Shown here one piece after another: positions 11,970 to 23,999 of a stretch of DNA of 64,000 nt. The notes under the pieces were generated by a model. It was given only the letters and a program-made list of their open reading frames with translations, had not been told where the DNA came from and searched no databases. Both the position numbers and the translations under genes were made by a program. Source of the stretch: the human T2T-CHM13v2.0 reference genome, Homo sapiens. Location: NCBI RefSeq assembly GCF_009914755.1, contig NC_060932.1, one strand, 5' to 3'. Numbering within the stretch: the stretch's first letter is position 1; each line of letters opens with the position of its first letter.

Positions 11970-12560
11970 TTCATTCATTAATCCACTCTTCCATCTACCT
12001 ATTTATTAAAAAAATGAGAGATGGTCATTCTTGGCAATCTGCTGAACAATGTGGATATGTTGGTTTATAGTCTGGTAGCAGTCAGGCAAATAACTATTCA
12101 TATAATAGTGAAAGTAGTTGAATGACCAACTGGGGTAAATGCTAAGAAGGAAAACTTTTGAATTCAAGGAGAAAATGACAATAGTAGTATTTGACCTGGT
12201 GTGGGGAGAATTTTCATGTGGACATACCATTTTAATTGTTATTTGAAGAATAATTAGGAGTCAACTTGTAAGGAGACAGAGGATTTTGGGCATTCAAAAT
12301 AATGCCTGTAGAAGCTCTGAGATGAATGGAACTTTGTCTCCTAAAAGAACTGAGAGAAGTGTGGCTAGATCAGAGGATGAAGAGGGAGGATATTATTTTA
12401 CAAGAGCAGACTGAAAAGACACTCATGTCAGAACTTACAGAATTTTTATTGGAAATCATAAGAATATCGGCCCCTATTCTCATAATGAAGAAAGTCAGCT
12501 AAAGCCTCTAATGCTGTTATTATACAATTAGATGTGCATTTAGAAACGCTCACCCTGGAA
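11970..12560 (-). mobile_element. L2 fragment
   Basis: Starts TCATTCATTAATCCA... followed by purine-rich degenerate antisense L2 sequence. Confidence 0.5.
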
Positions 12561-12952
12561 AAGGTGTGGAGAATAAATAACAGGGGAGGACTGGATTATA
12601 GGAATGCAGGGATATGATTGGATGGTATCTTAACTGTTTTACAAGAAATAGTATCTTGTGAGGATGGTAGCATTCGTGAGATATGGATTTATGCAGCACA
12701 ATTGGATGGCTATCATTTTTAAGCCATTGTGCTATAATGAGCACAACTGTTTATCTTTAAAACATTCCCTTGAGATGATTACAATAATCCTATATAAAAC
12801 AGGAGATGGAGACAAAGAAAGCTTCACTGAATTGCCTAAGTCTCACAATGGTTGTGATATGCAGTGCATGAGGCATGAACACAAACGCATACATACACAC
12901 AAGTGCATGCATTATATGATGAAAGTATAACTTCTTTTTATGAAAAATTTAT

Positions 12953-13270
12953 TGCCAGCATGGTGGCTCACACCTGTCATCACAGCACATTGGGAGGCCA
13001 AGGCGTGAGGATTGCTTGAGGCCAGGAGTTTGAGACCAGTGTGGGCAATGCAGTGAGACCCCATCTCTACCAAAAACAAACACACAAAATTAGCTGAGTG
13101 TGGTGGCACATGCCTATAGTCCCAGCTACCCAGGAGACTAAGGCTGAAGAATCACTAGAGCCCAGGATTCCACGGCTGCAGTGAACTATAATTCTGCCAC
13201 TGTACTCTAGCCTGGGTTACAGAGCGAGACCCTGTATCTTATAAAAATAAAACAAAATAAAATAAAGAAA
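12953..13270 (+). mobile_element. AluJ (Jo/Jr-like)
   Basis: Dimeric Alu with J diagnostics GGATTGCTTGAGGCCAGGAGTT and GGCTGCAGTGAACTATAAT; A-rich tail; degenerate TSD AAAAATTTAT/AAAAATCTAT. Confidence 0.92.
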
Positions 13271-13947
13271 AAAAATCTATGGAGAAGTGTATCTGTGTCT
13301 CACAACCCCATCCTTGCCAGACCCTTCATCATCTTGTGAAGAGACATGACAGTTGAATGAGTAAAAAGGTTCGGAAGGAATCTCAATCCCATAAGGGACT
13401 TACAAGGGGAGGCCAGAACATATGGAATGAGACATGTCACAAGGGGAGCTTTCTAACTAGGAAAACAGCATTGTTAGGCTAAAATTTATCTAACCTAATT
13501 TTCAAATCATCCTGTTGATACCGGCTAGATACATTTTTCTTTCAATAAGTGTATTCATTCCTTCAGAGCAACATCTCTGTCAAACTACCAAAGGGAGCAG
13601 AGAGGGCACTGCTGTGACCATCCCTGAAACAAGGAGTCTTTTTCTCTCCAACAGCAGAGTCATGATTTGAGCCAAGTCATCTTTTCTCTGTAGCTGTGTC
13701 ATAACTCTTTTATTCTGCTTTATATTCCAGAGGCCATTAAGGGGGAAGGCAAGTGTGAAAGATGACTGCCTTATTATAGCTTTCCAAAGTTGTTGAATAG
13801 GAGCATCTCTGGTGGGATAAGGGGTTGTGATTATCTACAACTATTTCCCTTGTAAGTTTGAGAATCAAGTAAAAGAAGCAGGTGTGAAGGAATTGGGGTA
13901 AAAGTACCAAATTTATTACTTTTAGCCCTGATTAAAGATTGTACATG

Positions 13948-14232
13948 AAACTAACACAGGAACATAAAACCAAACACCGCATGTTTTCACTCATAAGTGG
14001 GAGTTGAACAATGAGAACACATGTACACAGGGAGGGGAACATCACACACCGGGGCCTGTCAGGGTATGGGGGCTAGGGGAGGGATAGCATTAGGAGAAAT
14101 ACCTAATGTAGAGGACAAGTTGATGGGTGCAGCAAACCACCATAGCACGTGTATTCCTATGTAACAAACCTGCAAGTTCTGCACATGTACCCCAGAACTT
14201 AAAGTATGATAATAATAATTATAATAATAAAA
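13948..14232 (+). mobile_element. L1PA7/8-like 3' end (5'-truncated)
   Basis: AAACCAAACACCGCATGTTTTCACTCATAAGTGGGAGTTGAACAATGAGAACACATG...GGGATAGCATTAGGAGAAATACCTAATGTAG...AGAACTTAAAGTAT plus (AAT)n tail. Confidence 0.92.
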
Positions 14233-16021
14233 AGATAATGTCTGAGATCTGTTGTAGGTCTGGTAATAAGAAAATGAGTCTCAGGTGAAGATTTACTTGC
14301 AGATAATTCACCCGGGAGGCTGATGAAAAGATGATGACCAGGAAAAGGAGCAGTTGTAACAGAGGTCTCATGAACATCCTTGAGGAGCTCTGAAGTTCAG
14401 ACAATATTTCAATGATGTGCCATATTGATGCAAGGAGTCAATCTTTTGAACCTATGCTGGACCAGTCACTGGGTACAGGATTCTTTCTGAGGACAGGCTG
14501 CAGACTTGAGCAAGTTAGATTTGTTTGGCCAAGGGCCAAATGTTGCCAGCAAGTGATAGTTTCAGCTGCTGGGAAAACAGCCCTTTTTGTAAGATAAATC
14601 CATTGGCTTTGTATAATAAGCTCATTTCTTTGGGGAATAGGTTCTCTGGGCTTCAGATTGGACTTCTTTTTTCTGAGAAAACTTATAAAAAGATAGTTAG
14701 TAGGATGAACTACAGCCCCTGACATGTAACTGGTCTCAGGGTTACAACTTTTTCATATTACCTTGCTTCTCTATTACCTAGCTTAGATACTCTTCACCTT
14801 TATCCTGCCCCTCTGCTTGCCTACATGGGTCTGGTCACCATACACTTCCTAGGCTGTAGTGGCTGCTTTTACCCATTTATCATCTAAATTAAGTAGGTGA
14901 ATAACAGAAAACATCCCAGAGGATTACCTACACTACAAATGTTTTCTTTCCTGTCCTATTGAGTAACAGTAGGTCTGCTTCCCTCTGAATGTTAGGCCAG
15001 TATGATAACTCCTCTTCTCCTCTCTTGAAACACAATGTGCAAACTATCAAGTGGCAGCTGTGATTTTTACTTTTTGTTTGTTTATTTTTGTTGTTGATTC
15101 TTGTAAAATTCTACTTCTGCTAACTAGGAGTTGTATACCTTCTTTCTGGAAGCAGAAAGCAAAAATTCCAAGTGGGACACTAACAGTGATAGTGAACAAG
15201 ACCATTTTTACAGTCCTTGATTCCCTGACCCATTTATTCTATATATCGTATACCTAGAACTATATACTTATCATTGGTGTAAACTGTATACTGCATCCAA
15301 AGGAATGACTGCCCATCCTTGTAAGGTGCCATCTCCAAGTTGAAGTCTTAGTTGAACCTTCAAGAGTATGTTTCATTTCCCTTTCAGGTTAGAGGTTGCT
15401 GTGTGTGTGGTTTGTGATGGAATTCATAAATGTCATGTTGATGTGCTCACTGATGCACATCATCTGCTTGGTCCAATGTGATGTAATGAGGGATCTTACA
15501 TCAGTGGATCACTACATAAATCTTTAGACAACGATGCTGGTTAAGAAAGACAAATCTATGTCTGCAATTAGTTTGTTCTGGTGAAAATAAAGAGTACAAT
15601 GGTGAAAGAAGTCTAATGATATCAATCTGCCACCAAGGTAGCTCATTGGTATCTTCTAGATATGGTTTTATGATAGATGCTTAATATTAGATTCTATTAG
15701 ATATTAAGAAGCATCAGTAGCTAGATTAGCTTTAATGAGTGTCCACAACCTATTGCTGTCATTATGGGCCAATTTTAACAAGCACTGGGGTTGCTGAAGA
15801 CAAGCTGATTGATCTGAATTTGTCAAGTTCAAGCTCTGTTAATTAGAAGGGGCCATTCCATCTGAATGTAGTTGTAGCACTTGACAACTGCATTTTCAGT
15901 TTGCATCTAAATATATGCTGACCCATGTGGGAACCAAGCTCAGACTTGCTCTTCTTCTGTCATTTGTTTTAAGTTAACCCCCCACCCATCAGTGTGATCA
16001 TTGCTTTAAATGATCACACCC

Positions 16022-16384
16022 TGTATTAGTCTGTTTTCACACTGCTGATAAAGACATACCTAAGACTGGGTAATTTATAAAGAAAAATAGGTTTAATGGA
16101 CTCACAGTTCCATGTGGCTGGGGAGGCCTCATTATCACGATGGGAGCTGAAAGGCGCATCTTACATGGTGGCAGACAAGAGAGAAAATGAGAGCAAATGA
16201 AAAGGGACACCCCTTATGAAACCATCAGATCTTGTGAGACTTATTCACTATCCCAAGATCAGCATGGGGGAAACCACCCCCATGATTCACTTATCACCCA
16301 TGGGATCCCTCCCACAACACGTGGAAATTATGGGAGCTACAGTTCAAGATGAGATTTGGGTGGGGACACAGCCAAACCATATTA
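16022..16384 (-). mobile_element. THE1 (THE1C-like) solo LTR nested in the ERVL internal region
   Basis: TGTATTAGTCTGTTTTCACACTGCTGATAAAGACATACC...GGGACACAGCCAAACCATATTA. Confidence 0.9.
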
Positions 16385-17143
16385 CATACATAGATGTGAG
16401 CTGACAGATATGTGTTGGGACAAAATTGGGGAGATTAGAAATCTGGAGAACTTACTTATTCAGTTTATTTTGTGTGCTCAGGACCTACCTGTAACCTACT
16501 TATTATGTAACATGTATGGCTTACAATGCATTGCTGTTCAGCCTACCCAACCTTTTGACGTGGTAGTTCTGACAGACCTATACATGATGAACATTATTAA
16601 TTGAAAGTCACTTGACATCTCTTAATCAGGTGACATGTACAAGATAGTTCAAAGTAGCATACCAGGTGCTGTTTTCACATGGTGGGTAATTCTCTGCTTC
16701 AGATATTGTGGCTTTGCTATGGAAAATTAAAAGTTTACATTATTATGACCATACTGGTGCTTGACATACATTCTAAGTGGTGTGATTTCTGGAGGATCAG
16801 ATAGTCCAAGTATATCATAGTCTCTATCTGCTGCAGATTCCTTTTCTGCACTGGGTTCAACTAAAAGCTGTCAGCCATCAATTCACCTGAGTCAAAGCAG
16901 TAACACCAGGTATGAAATATGCTGTATTTAGAATACAAAAATGTCTAGTAGGTTCCAGTGCTTCCTTTGTAGTTTTGAGTAGTGCAAGATGCAAAATACT
17001 TTGCTTTACTTTTGAAAAAAGCGTATGGAAGGGCATTGGATCTCTGAAACCCTCACCGATATAAATAAGTCCCATAAGCTTTTGAGTGTTTACTTCCTAT
17101 GCTTTGAAGCACAGGAATTTTTCTTTTGCTTTTAAGTCTCCTG

Positions 17144-17694
17144 TTTTTTAAAAAAAATTCAATAGTTTTTGGGGGTACGGGTGGGTTTTGTTTCTTGGAT
17201 AAGTTCTTTAGTGATGATTTCTGAGATGTTATTGTCACCCAAGCACTGTACACTGCACCCAATATGTAGTTTTTTTATTCCTCACTTCCCTCCCCAAATT
17301 TCTCAATCCCCTGAGTCCCCAAAATCCACTGAATTATTTTTATTCCTTTGCATCCTTATAGCTTAGAATATACAATATTTGTTTTTTCATTCCTGAGTTA
17401 CTTCACTTAGAATAATGGCCTCTAGCCCCATCCAAGTTGCTGCAAAAGAAAGCATTTTGTTCCTTTTTATGGATGAGTAGTATTCCATGGTGTATATATA
17501 CCACATTTTCTTTATCCACTTGTTTGTTGATGGGCACATAGGTTAGTTCCATATTTTTGCTATTGCAAATTGTGCTGCTATAAACATGCGTGTACATGTG
17601 ACTTTTTCATATAATGACTTCATTTTCTTTGGATAGATACCCAGTAGTGGGATTGCTGAATTGAATGGCAGTTCTATTTTTAGTTCACTAAGGG
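17144..17694 (-). mobile_element. L1PB (L1PB1-like) 3' end nested in the ERVL pol remnant
   Basis: TTCAATAGTTTTTGGGGGTACGGGTGG...GATAAGTTCTTTAGTGATGATTTCTGAGAT; ORFs 17403-17725 translate to L1 ORF2 C-terminal motifs (ELPFNSAIPLLGIYPK, CTRMFIAAQFAIAKIWN). Confidence 0.9.
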
Positions 17695-20272
17695 AGCATA
17701 TGAATCTTGCCAAGTCCTTAAACATACTTTCCCTTTTTGCTTAGTTAATTTAATTATCATTTCACTGATAGAGCAGACCAATTTGATAATCTGTTGAATG
17801 TCTTGATTGTCTAGATTCTTTGGGGGTATTTTGTGAGAGAAGAGGAAAGGGCTAATGTAGTCTTGCTGTATCTCATGTAAATGTGAACTGTAAGGATTAA
17901 GAAGAATATATTGACTGTCAGTGAATACATACTAAGTGTCCAAGGCCATGTTAATATGCTCTTGCAGAGATAGCCTCTTTGGAGCAGAAATCTGGATACT
18001 ACTTGCTTAAGTTTGAAGTAGTTAGTTGTCATGCTCTAGAATCCATCTTGTTCCTCTAAGGACTGGCACAATAAATAAATGAGAATATTAATGGAGACCA
18101 CACTTTTCTAATTTTCTATGTATTTAATGGTAGTACTAACCTCTCCTATCTCCTGTGGTATGTGATATTGTCTTTATTTAATAACTTGGTAAGGAAATGG
18201 GTAATTTTGCAGGCCTTACTCACAAACTAGATCTTATCAAACAGGCCAAGAAAGCAGTTTGAGGATTGGTTTACTGAAAAATATGCTTAGTTAAATTAAA
18301 CATTCAGAGATTGGGAAAATGAGGACTAGGTGGTGGTGAGTCTGTGAACTTAGTGGGCCCACCATAAGCCATACTTGAGCCAGTTCTCTATTTAATACCC
18401 AGACTTCACCCTGCATAAGGGCAATGATGCTTCAGGTACCATAGATCAACATCAACTAGGATTCTATGTCCAACGATTCACCAAGTACTTATGTATTCCC
18501 ATTTTCCTAGTGTGTTGTTTCCTGAATAAATTGTTCTGAATATTTTTGGGAAGAGGCTAGGTGAATTACTACAAATTACACATAGTGTGGTTTTTCGGGG
18601 TCCTTCCTTCTAGGAACTTGCAGACCTTCAGTCAATTAGTTCTGAACCTAACAACTGGCCCAGGACTAGAAAGTAAGTACAGCATCATGACATTTTAGGG
18701 GAAGCTGTTCTGAGTTTCTGGATCATATATACTCAATATCTCGATTGTACGTCTTGGTTATACAGATTGAGCCATCTATCTTGCCCTTTATATATCTTTT
18801 CCCTAAGGATGCTATATCCTATTAAAAATCTCTGTAGTTCAGTGTCAGCCACCACCCTGGTTTTACTAACATTGTTGCTTATACAATAATTACATTCACT
18901 TTGTTATTGATAGTTTAGAACCATTGCAATGGCTTCTTCATTTTAGGAAATTTTCATTGCTATTTTCATTACTATCTAGGAACCCAATTTTGTAACAGTT
19001 TCTGCAACTCTCATACCTGTTTTATAGGGTCTACAGGGAAACCATTGCTTAGTTTCTCATCAATGAATGAGTTAGCATCTGTGTAAATGGAGTGCCCTTC
19101 AGGCCTCCCTTAAAATAACTGGTGGTTTTCAGCCTTAAAAAGTATATGTCCACTCCAACATCCCATTTCACCGAGCTTCTCAGTTCCTTTTCCTATTGCT
19201 TGCTTTAGCAGCAAGCTATGGCTTTTATTTTTAACTTAGTGAGAGGTATTGCCTTCTCCAGGCTTTTAATTGCTGTTCTACCAGATTAACACCGTTTCCT
19301 GTGTCCCTGACAGAATTTTAAACCTCATCATATATGAGAAGTTTCCAAATTATAAACTCTCTCTTTTCCTGTTTTATGTTATGACATCCTTGATATAAGA
19401 CTTTCTGCACCAAGTCTCTAACATCATAGCCTCCTGGCTGATGTTAGCACCTGCTCACCAGACTCTGCAGCTCTTTCAGGTTAGAGTCCTTTTTCTTCCC
19501 TTAGTGGATCAAGTACCATCTCAGCTGAGTTATGTTGTCACTTAGCACTGTTTATTACTCTGATGGACAACATGGGAGGAGGGGTGGAGATTCTGAGGGG
19601 CACACAGGTCATCTTTTCAGGTAGCAACTGTTAGACTGTCTTCAAAGAAATGGGACGCAAGATTTTAACATGGACCTTCCTCCAGAGGATTCTGAAAAGC
19701 CTCGTCTCAGAGGATTTAGGAGACTCTGCAGTCTCAGAGTTCAGGAGAATCAAGGTATTCACGAGCATTGACGCACACATCCCCTCCCAACTGTAAGGGT
19801 CTCACTCCTTCCCAATGAGAACTCTGATCATGGTACAGTGGGATTCTTGGTCTAGGAGTTAACTGTCTCTGGCACTGCAGACCTTGAGCCTCAGCTGCAG
19901 GAGATAAAAGTCTCCATTTAGATTGTCAAAAAGGCACCATGGCTTTTAACATCATCTTAAATTGGTGATGAATTAATTTAGATTTTTGCTATCTTTCTTT
20001 GATTCATTAATCACCCTGAGACACAATCCAAGCAATTATGTTTCTTATAAATACTACCTCCCTGGAAACTCTCAAATGCCTAAGATATTGACACTTCAGT
20101 GCATTTATTTTACTGGTATATCATTTCAGTTTACCGTTGATGAGGTAGTAACAACGACACTGATGTCTCATGCCAGAGACTGTGAATACTCCCTCTACTC
20201 CAGTAATGAGATTCTTATTGCCAACTGGCCAATGAATAGTTTATCTCAAAAATCCCATTTTTAGAGACCGCT

Positions 20273-20289
20273 TCCCTTTCCTGACACCA
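20273..20289 (-). other. Retroviral primer-binding site complementary to tRNA-Leu 3' end
   Basis: Plus strand TCCCTTTCCTGACACCA vs recalled tRNA-Leu(CAG) 3' end TCCCACTCCTGACACCA (15/17), directly adjacent to the 5' LTR. Confidence 0.75.
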
Positions 20290-21039
20290 TCGGTCATTAG
20301 CCTAGTTCTGCAGAAGACTGAGTTTGAAGATTATTAGGGAATGCTTTAATGAACCATACCTTTAAGAGGGTCAAAGAAGCAGAGTTGGGCAGAGGGAAAG
20401 TCGATCTGCAGTGCTGTTATAAAAACAAACACTCAGCCAGTCCCATGGGTTGATCTGCAGCAGGTATAGCTCTTCAAAGATATCCTCCATTGAACTAGGG
20501 CCTGGAGGATGGAGGAGGAAACATTGTACTTAGCAGAAATAGTCACTGGAAGCCAGCCATCCCTGGGGAAGAAGAGTAACTTTGATCAAATAAATTCCTT
20601 TTCCAAAGAAAAGTTTTTTCAGAGGATTCAGCTGTGACCCACCATTAGGCATCACATTTATCCCTAAAGGGAGTTTCTGAATGGTGTACCACAATATTTA
20701 CTATAAGAACCTTGGCGAAATGGTTCACTACAACTTTATACCTTATACTCAGTTCTATAACCTTCTATGTTTGTCTTCTCTCCCTCTCACAGAGACCTTG
20801 CAGGAGTAAGACCTGCCTTGGTAAGTTTCCACATAGAATATCAGACCACATGTGAATTCTGAAGACAGATTATTAAAAAGATGAGAAAATAAATGCATTA
20901 CGATTTTTAAATTTCTTTGTTTTAGCTCCCTAATCGTATGTCACACCTTTTCCATAGAAAGGAAAAATATGCTATTAGAGTGTCCAAAAATAATGAAAGT
21001 ATACTAAAAGAAATGAAAGAGAGGTGTGTTTTTGTCCTT

Positions 21040-21215
21040 AGTAGTTCTCAAGCCTAGCAGTACATTAGAATTCTTTCAAGTGTAAATATACCAGAAACTG
21101 GGCATATCACTGACCAGTTAAATTAGAATCTCTGAGAAGGGTTCTCAGCCAACTCTAGGTTGTAAATGCTTATTAAGTAATTCTAAATGCCAGTAGGTCT
21201 TGCTTACCATGCTAG
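21040..21215. mobile_element. MER5-like hAT-Charlie MITE
   Basis: TAGTAGTTCTCAAGCCTAGCAGTACATTAGAAT...CCAGTTAAATTAGAATCTCTGAG. Confidence 0.6.
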
Positions 21216-22312
21216 GCTTATCAGATAAGTTTACAATCAACCACTGCTATAGCTGGTTTTCTGAAGGGACCAGAAGTTTTACATCCATCTTTATATTTCT
21301 ATTCTGCCAAGATCAACAATTGTTCACTTTTGCATCATTTTGAAACCACTGGAAAGAAGTGTTTAAAAATTTTGTCTTTGGTAGGCTGTGACATGAATCA
21401 AAGATATTCTGCTCTCTGGGCAAAAATGTATTCTCTACTGTGTCTTCTATCTCAGATTATTCTCAAACAGAGATTACACAATGAGTCTAAATTATGGCAG
21501 CATCAAAATTTTGTAAATATTTTACAATCAGCAGTGTAAAACAATGATGAAATAGTTCCCTCTAAAAATATTCAGATTCCATGAAGATATTAGAGTTCAA
21601 AATATAAGTTGTCTTTTTTTTAAGTTAAAGCCGTAGAAGTCCATATGTTAAACAAGTATCTAAATAAATTTTAAAAGTTTTTATTTTGTTTAATTTCAGC
21701 CAAAATCTTACTGAGATACTTAGGTAGTACTGGTGTTCTTCAGTCTGTCACTTTAATAAATATAATCTTGCAATACCATTGAAGATGTTTTTGTCTCCAA
21801 ACTTCAAATATGCTTCACGTTTTAAAACCTGAAGGATTTATTAGACAATTAAAAGTTATCATATACTAGCCCTCAAGCAGAATGTCTTGAAAATAAAAAT
21901 TTCCAACTTTTTAACAGTGCTCACACTCTTCAGGATCACTTTATATTTCCAGTCAACGACCATAGCAGAAACTTAGTTATCTTAGATGAAATGAGATAGA
22001 GAAGAAAAAACAATTCTTGGTTTTAGCTTTGTTAGGATGAGTACATCTATAAAAATTATCCAGAATCCACAACTCAAGACCTTTAACTCAGTTGAAATAA
22101 TAACCTATGAAGAGGGTAAGTTTAACACTACATATCCATTCAGGGAAGAAAAAAATTGCCCAAATCCTCCGGCTTTTTCGGTGAATGAGACTCAAATACA
22201 TTTTCTAACATGGTTGAGAAAAATCATTCAAGTGATACATATCATATTTCAAATATCATTTTGCCCATATAGCATATGTATTAATAATATGTCTTGTTAA
22301 CATGCAGATTTA

Positions 22313-22598
22313 GGGCTGAGTATGGTGGCTCATGCCTGTAATTCCAGCACTTTGGGGGGCTGAGGCAGGTGGATCACTTGAGCTCAGGAGTTTGAGACAA
22401 ACCTCAGCAACTTGGTGAAACCCCATCTCTACAAAAAACACAAAAATTAGCTGAGTGTGGTGGTGTGTACCAGTATTCCCAGCTACTCGGGAGGCTGAGG
22501 TGGGAGGATCGCTTGTGTCTGGAGGCCAAGGCTGCAGTGAGCTGTGTTCACACCACTGCAGTCCAGCCTGGGTGACAAAGTGAAACCTTGTCTCAAAT

Positions 22599-22602
<4 letters not shown>
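22313..22602 (+). mobile_element. AluJb
   Basis: Dimeric Alu with GGATCACTTGAGCTCAGGAG and GGGAGGATCGCTTG; TSD TGCAGATTT on both sides, enclosing the CA repeat. Confidence 0.92.
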
Positions 22603-22640
<38 letters not shown>

Positions 22641-22643
22641 ACA
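22603..22643. repeat. (CA)n microsatellite in Alu tail
   Basis: About 20 CA units with one TA interruption. Confidence 0.95.
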
Positions 22644-22959
22644 AAAGGTGCAGATTTTGATTCAGTACATCTGGGCTGTGGCCTGAGTTGATCATTTCTA
22701 ACAAGCTCACAGGTGATGCTAAACATGCTAGCCTGAGGACAACACTTTTGAGTAGCTGCAGCTTAAAGGAATAAGACTCAAACTATAATTTGTTTATGAG
22801 AAACATGAACAATGCCTAAGAACTTTTTAGAAACTCACATTCTCAGGCTGCCTACCAGATAATTTAAGGATTGGCGACCAGTAATCTGTCTCTTAACAAA
22901 CTCTTTACATTGTTTTGAGAATCACTACCTTAGACAATTTGTTCTCTTTAAAAAAAAAA

Positions 22960-23980
22960 AATTGTATTGAGGTATAATTAATATAAAATAAACTGCACTT
23001 CAAGTATCCGCAGTTTGATAGACTTTGAAACTATCAATACAATCAAGATAATGAACACGTCCATCATCCCCCTAAATTTCTTACTTTTACATGGTAATCC
23101 CTCCCACTTACTACTTTTCCCAATCCTCAGTCCCCCTAAAAAAATTCTTACTTTTGGGTAATATAGATTACTACTTTATATATGGTTTTATAGAAATGGA
23201 ACCATAGAGAGCATATCCTCATTTTTAGTCTGAATTATTTTACTCAGTTTATTTATTTTGAGATTCAAAATTTAAAAATCATTAAAAATTCTCAAATTAT
23301 TTGATATTTGTAATATATATTAATATTCCATTTTAAACTTTTATCTTATTGAACACTCACTTATTAAACATTTGGGTTGTTTCTAGTTTTTTGAATATTA
23401 CAAATAAAGTCACTATGATCATGTCTATAAGTTTCTCTATGGACATGTCGTTTCTTTTCACTGGGGTAAATACCTCGGTATGGAATAGTTGAGTCATATG
23501 GAAGCGTATACTTAGGTGTTTCAGATACTGACAGACTATTTCCCAGTAGTCATATCATTTTGCATTCCAACCAACAATTGTTCCTTATCTCCTCCAACAT
23601 GGGATATAATTATTCTTTTTAATTTTAGACATTCTAATGGGTACTCATATCTCATTGTGTTTTTAATTTGAATTTATCTAATGTCACATAAGATTGAATA
23701 TTATCTCATGAGCTTATGTTTTCATTCACAGATACATCTCTTTGGTGAGGTGTCTGTTTAAATCTTTTTCCCATTTACTGGATTGTTTGTTTTTTATAAC
23801 TGAGTTTTGAGAGTTCTTTACAAATTCTGTATACACATCTTTTATCAGATATATGCCTGGCAAATATTTTCTCCCAGTGTGTAACCTCTCTTGTCTTTTA
23901 ATTTTCCTAACAATATATTTTGAAGGGCAGTAGTTTTAAATTTTGATGAAGTCCAACTGACAACTTTCTTCTAGATCATG
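22960..23980 (-). mobile_element. L1M (L1MB/MC/ME-type) 3' portion
   Basis: TTGTATTGAGGTATAATTAATATAAAATAAACTGCAC 3' end through ORF2 C-terminal region (reverse complement encodes an LDFIKI motif near 23950). Confidence 0.8.
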
Positions 23981-23999
23981 AATTACAAAGAAGAAAAAT

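Larger units (their letters stand above)
14250..20705 (-). mobile_element. Ancient ERVL-class provirus with LTR16-like LTRs (3' LTR 14250-14714, internal 14715-20290, 5' LTR ~20291-20705)
   Basis: Two degenerate LTR16-like LTRs in the same orientation; TSD AGATC (14245-14249)/AGAAC (20706-20710); tRNA-Leu PBS at 20273-20289; purine-tract remnant (GCCCCT on +) at 14715; pol remnant SKVKQSILHLALLKTTKEA in ORF 16878-17075 resembles ERVL RT SKVKDKLLHLAPPTTKKEA. Confidence 0.8.
22290..22930. mobile_element. MER5A-like fragments, first one interrupted by AluJb
   Basis: CTTGTTAACATGCAGATT / GATTCAGTACATCTGGGCTGTGGCCTGAG...ATTTCTAACAAGCTCACAGGTGATGCT; second fragment ends TTGAGAATCACTA near 22925. 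Confidence 0.65.

Noticed and set aside
16878-17075. Domesticated retroviral pol gene
   Set aside because: Only ~20 residues resemble ERVL RT; the region is frameshifted and interrupted by an L1.
20273-20289. tRNA gene or tRNA fragment
   Set aside because: Only the 3' 17 nt including CCA match, adjacent to an LTR; this is a primer-binding site.
22310-22726. Longest ORF (138 aa), and similar ones at 57022-57435 and 52785-53135
   Set aside because: Antisense Alu read-through (plus a CA repeat), a well-known artefact.
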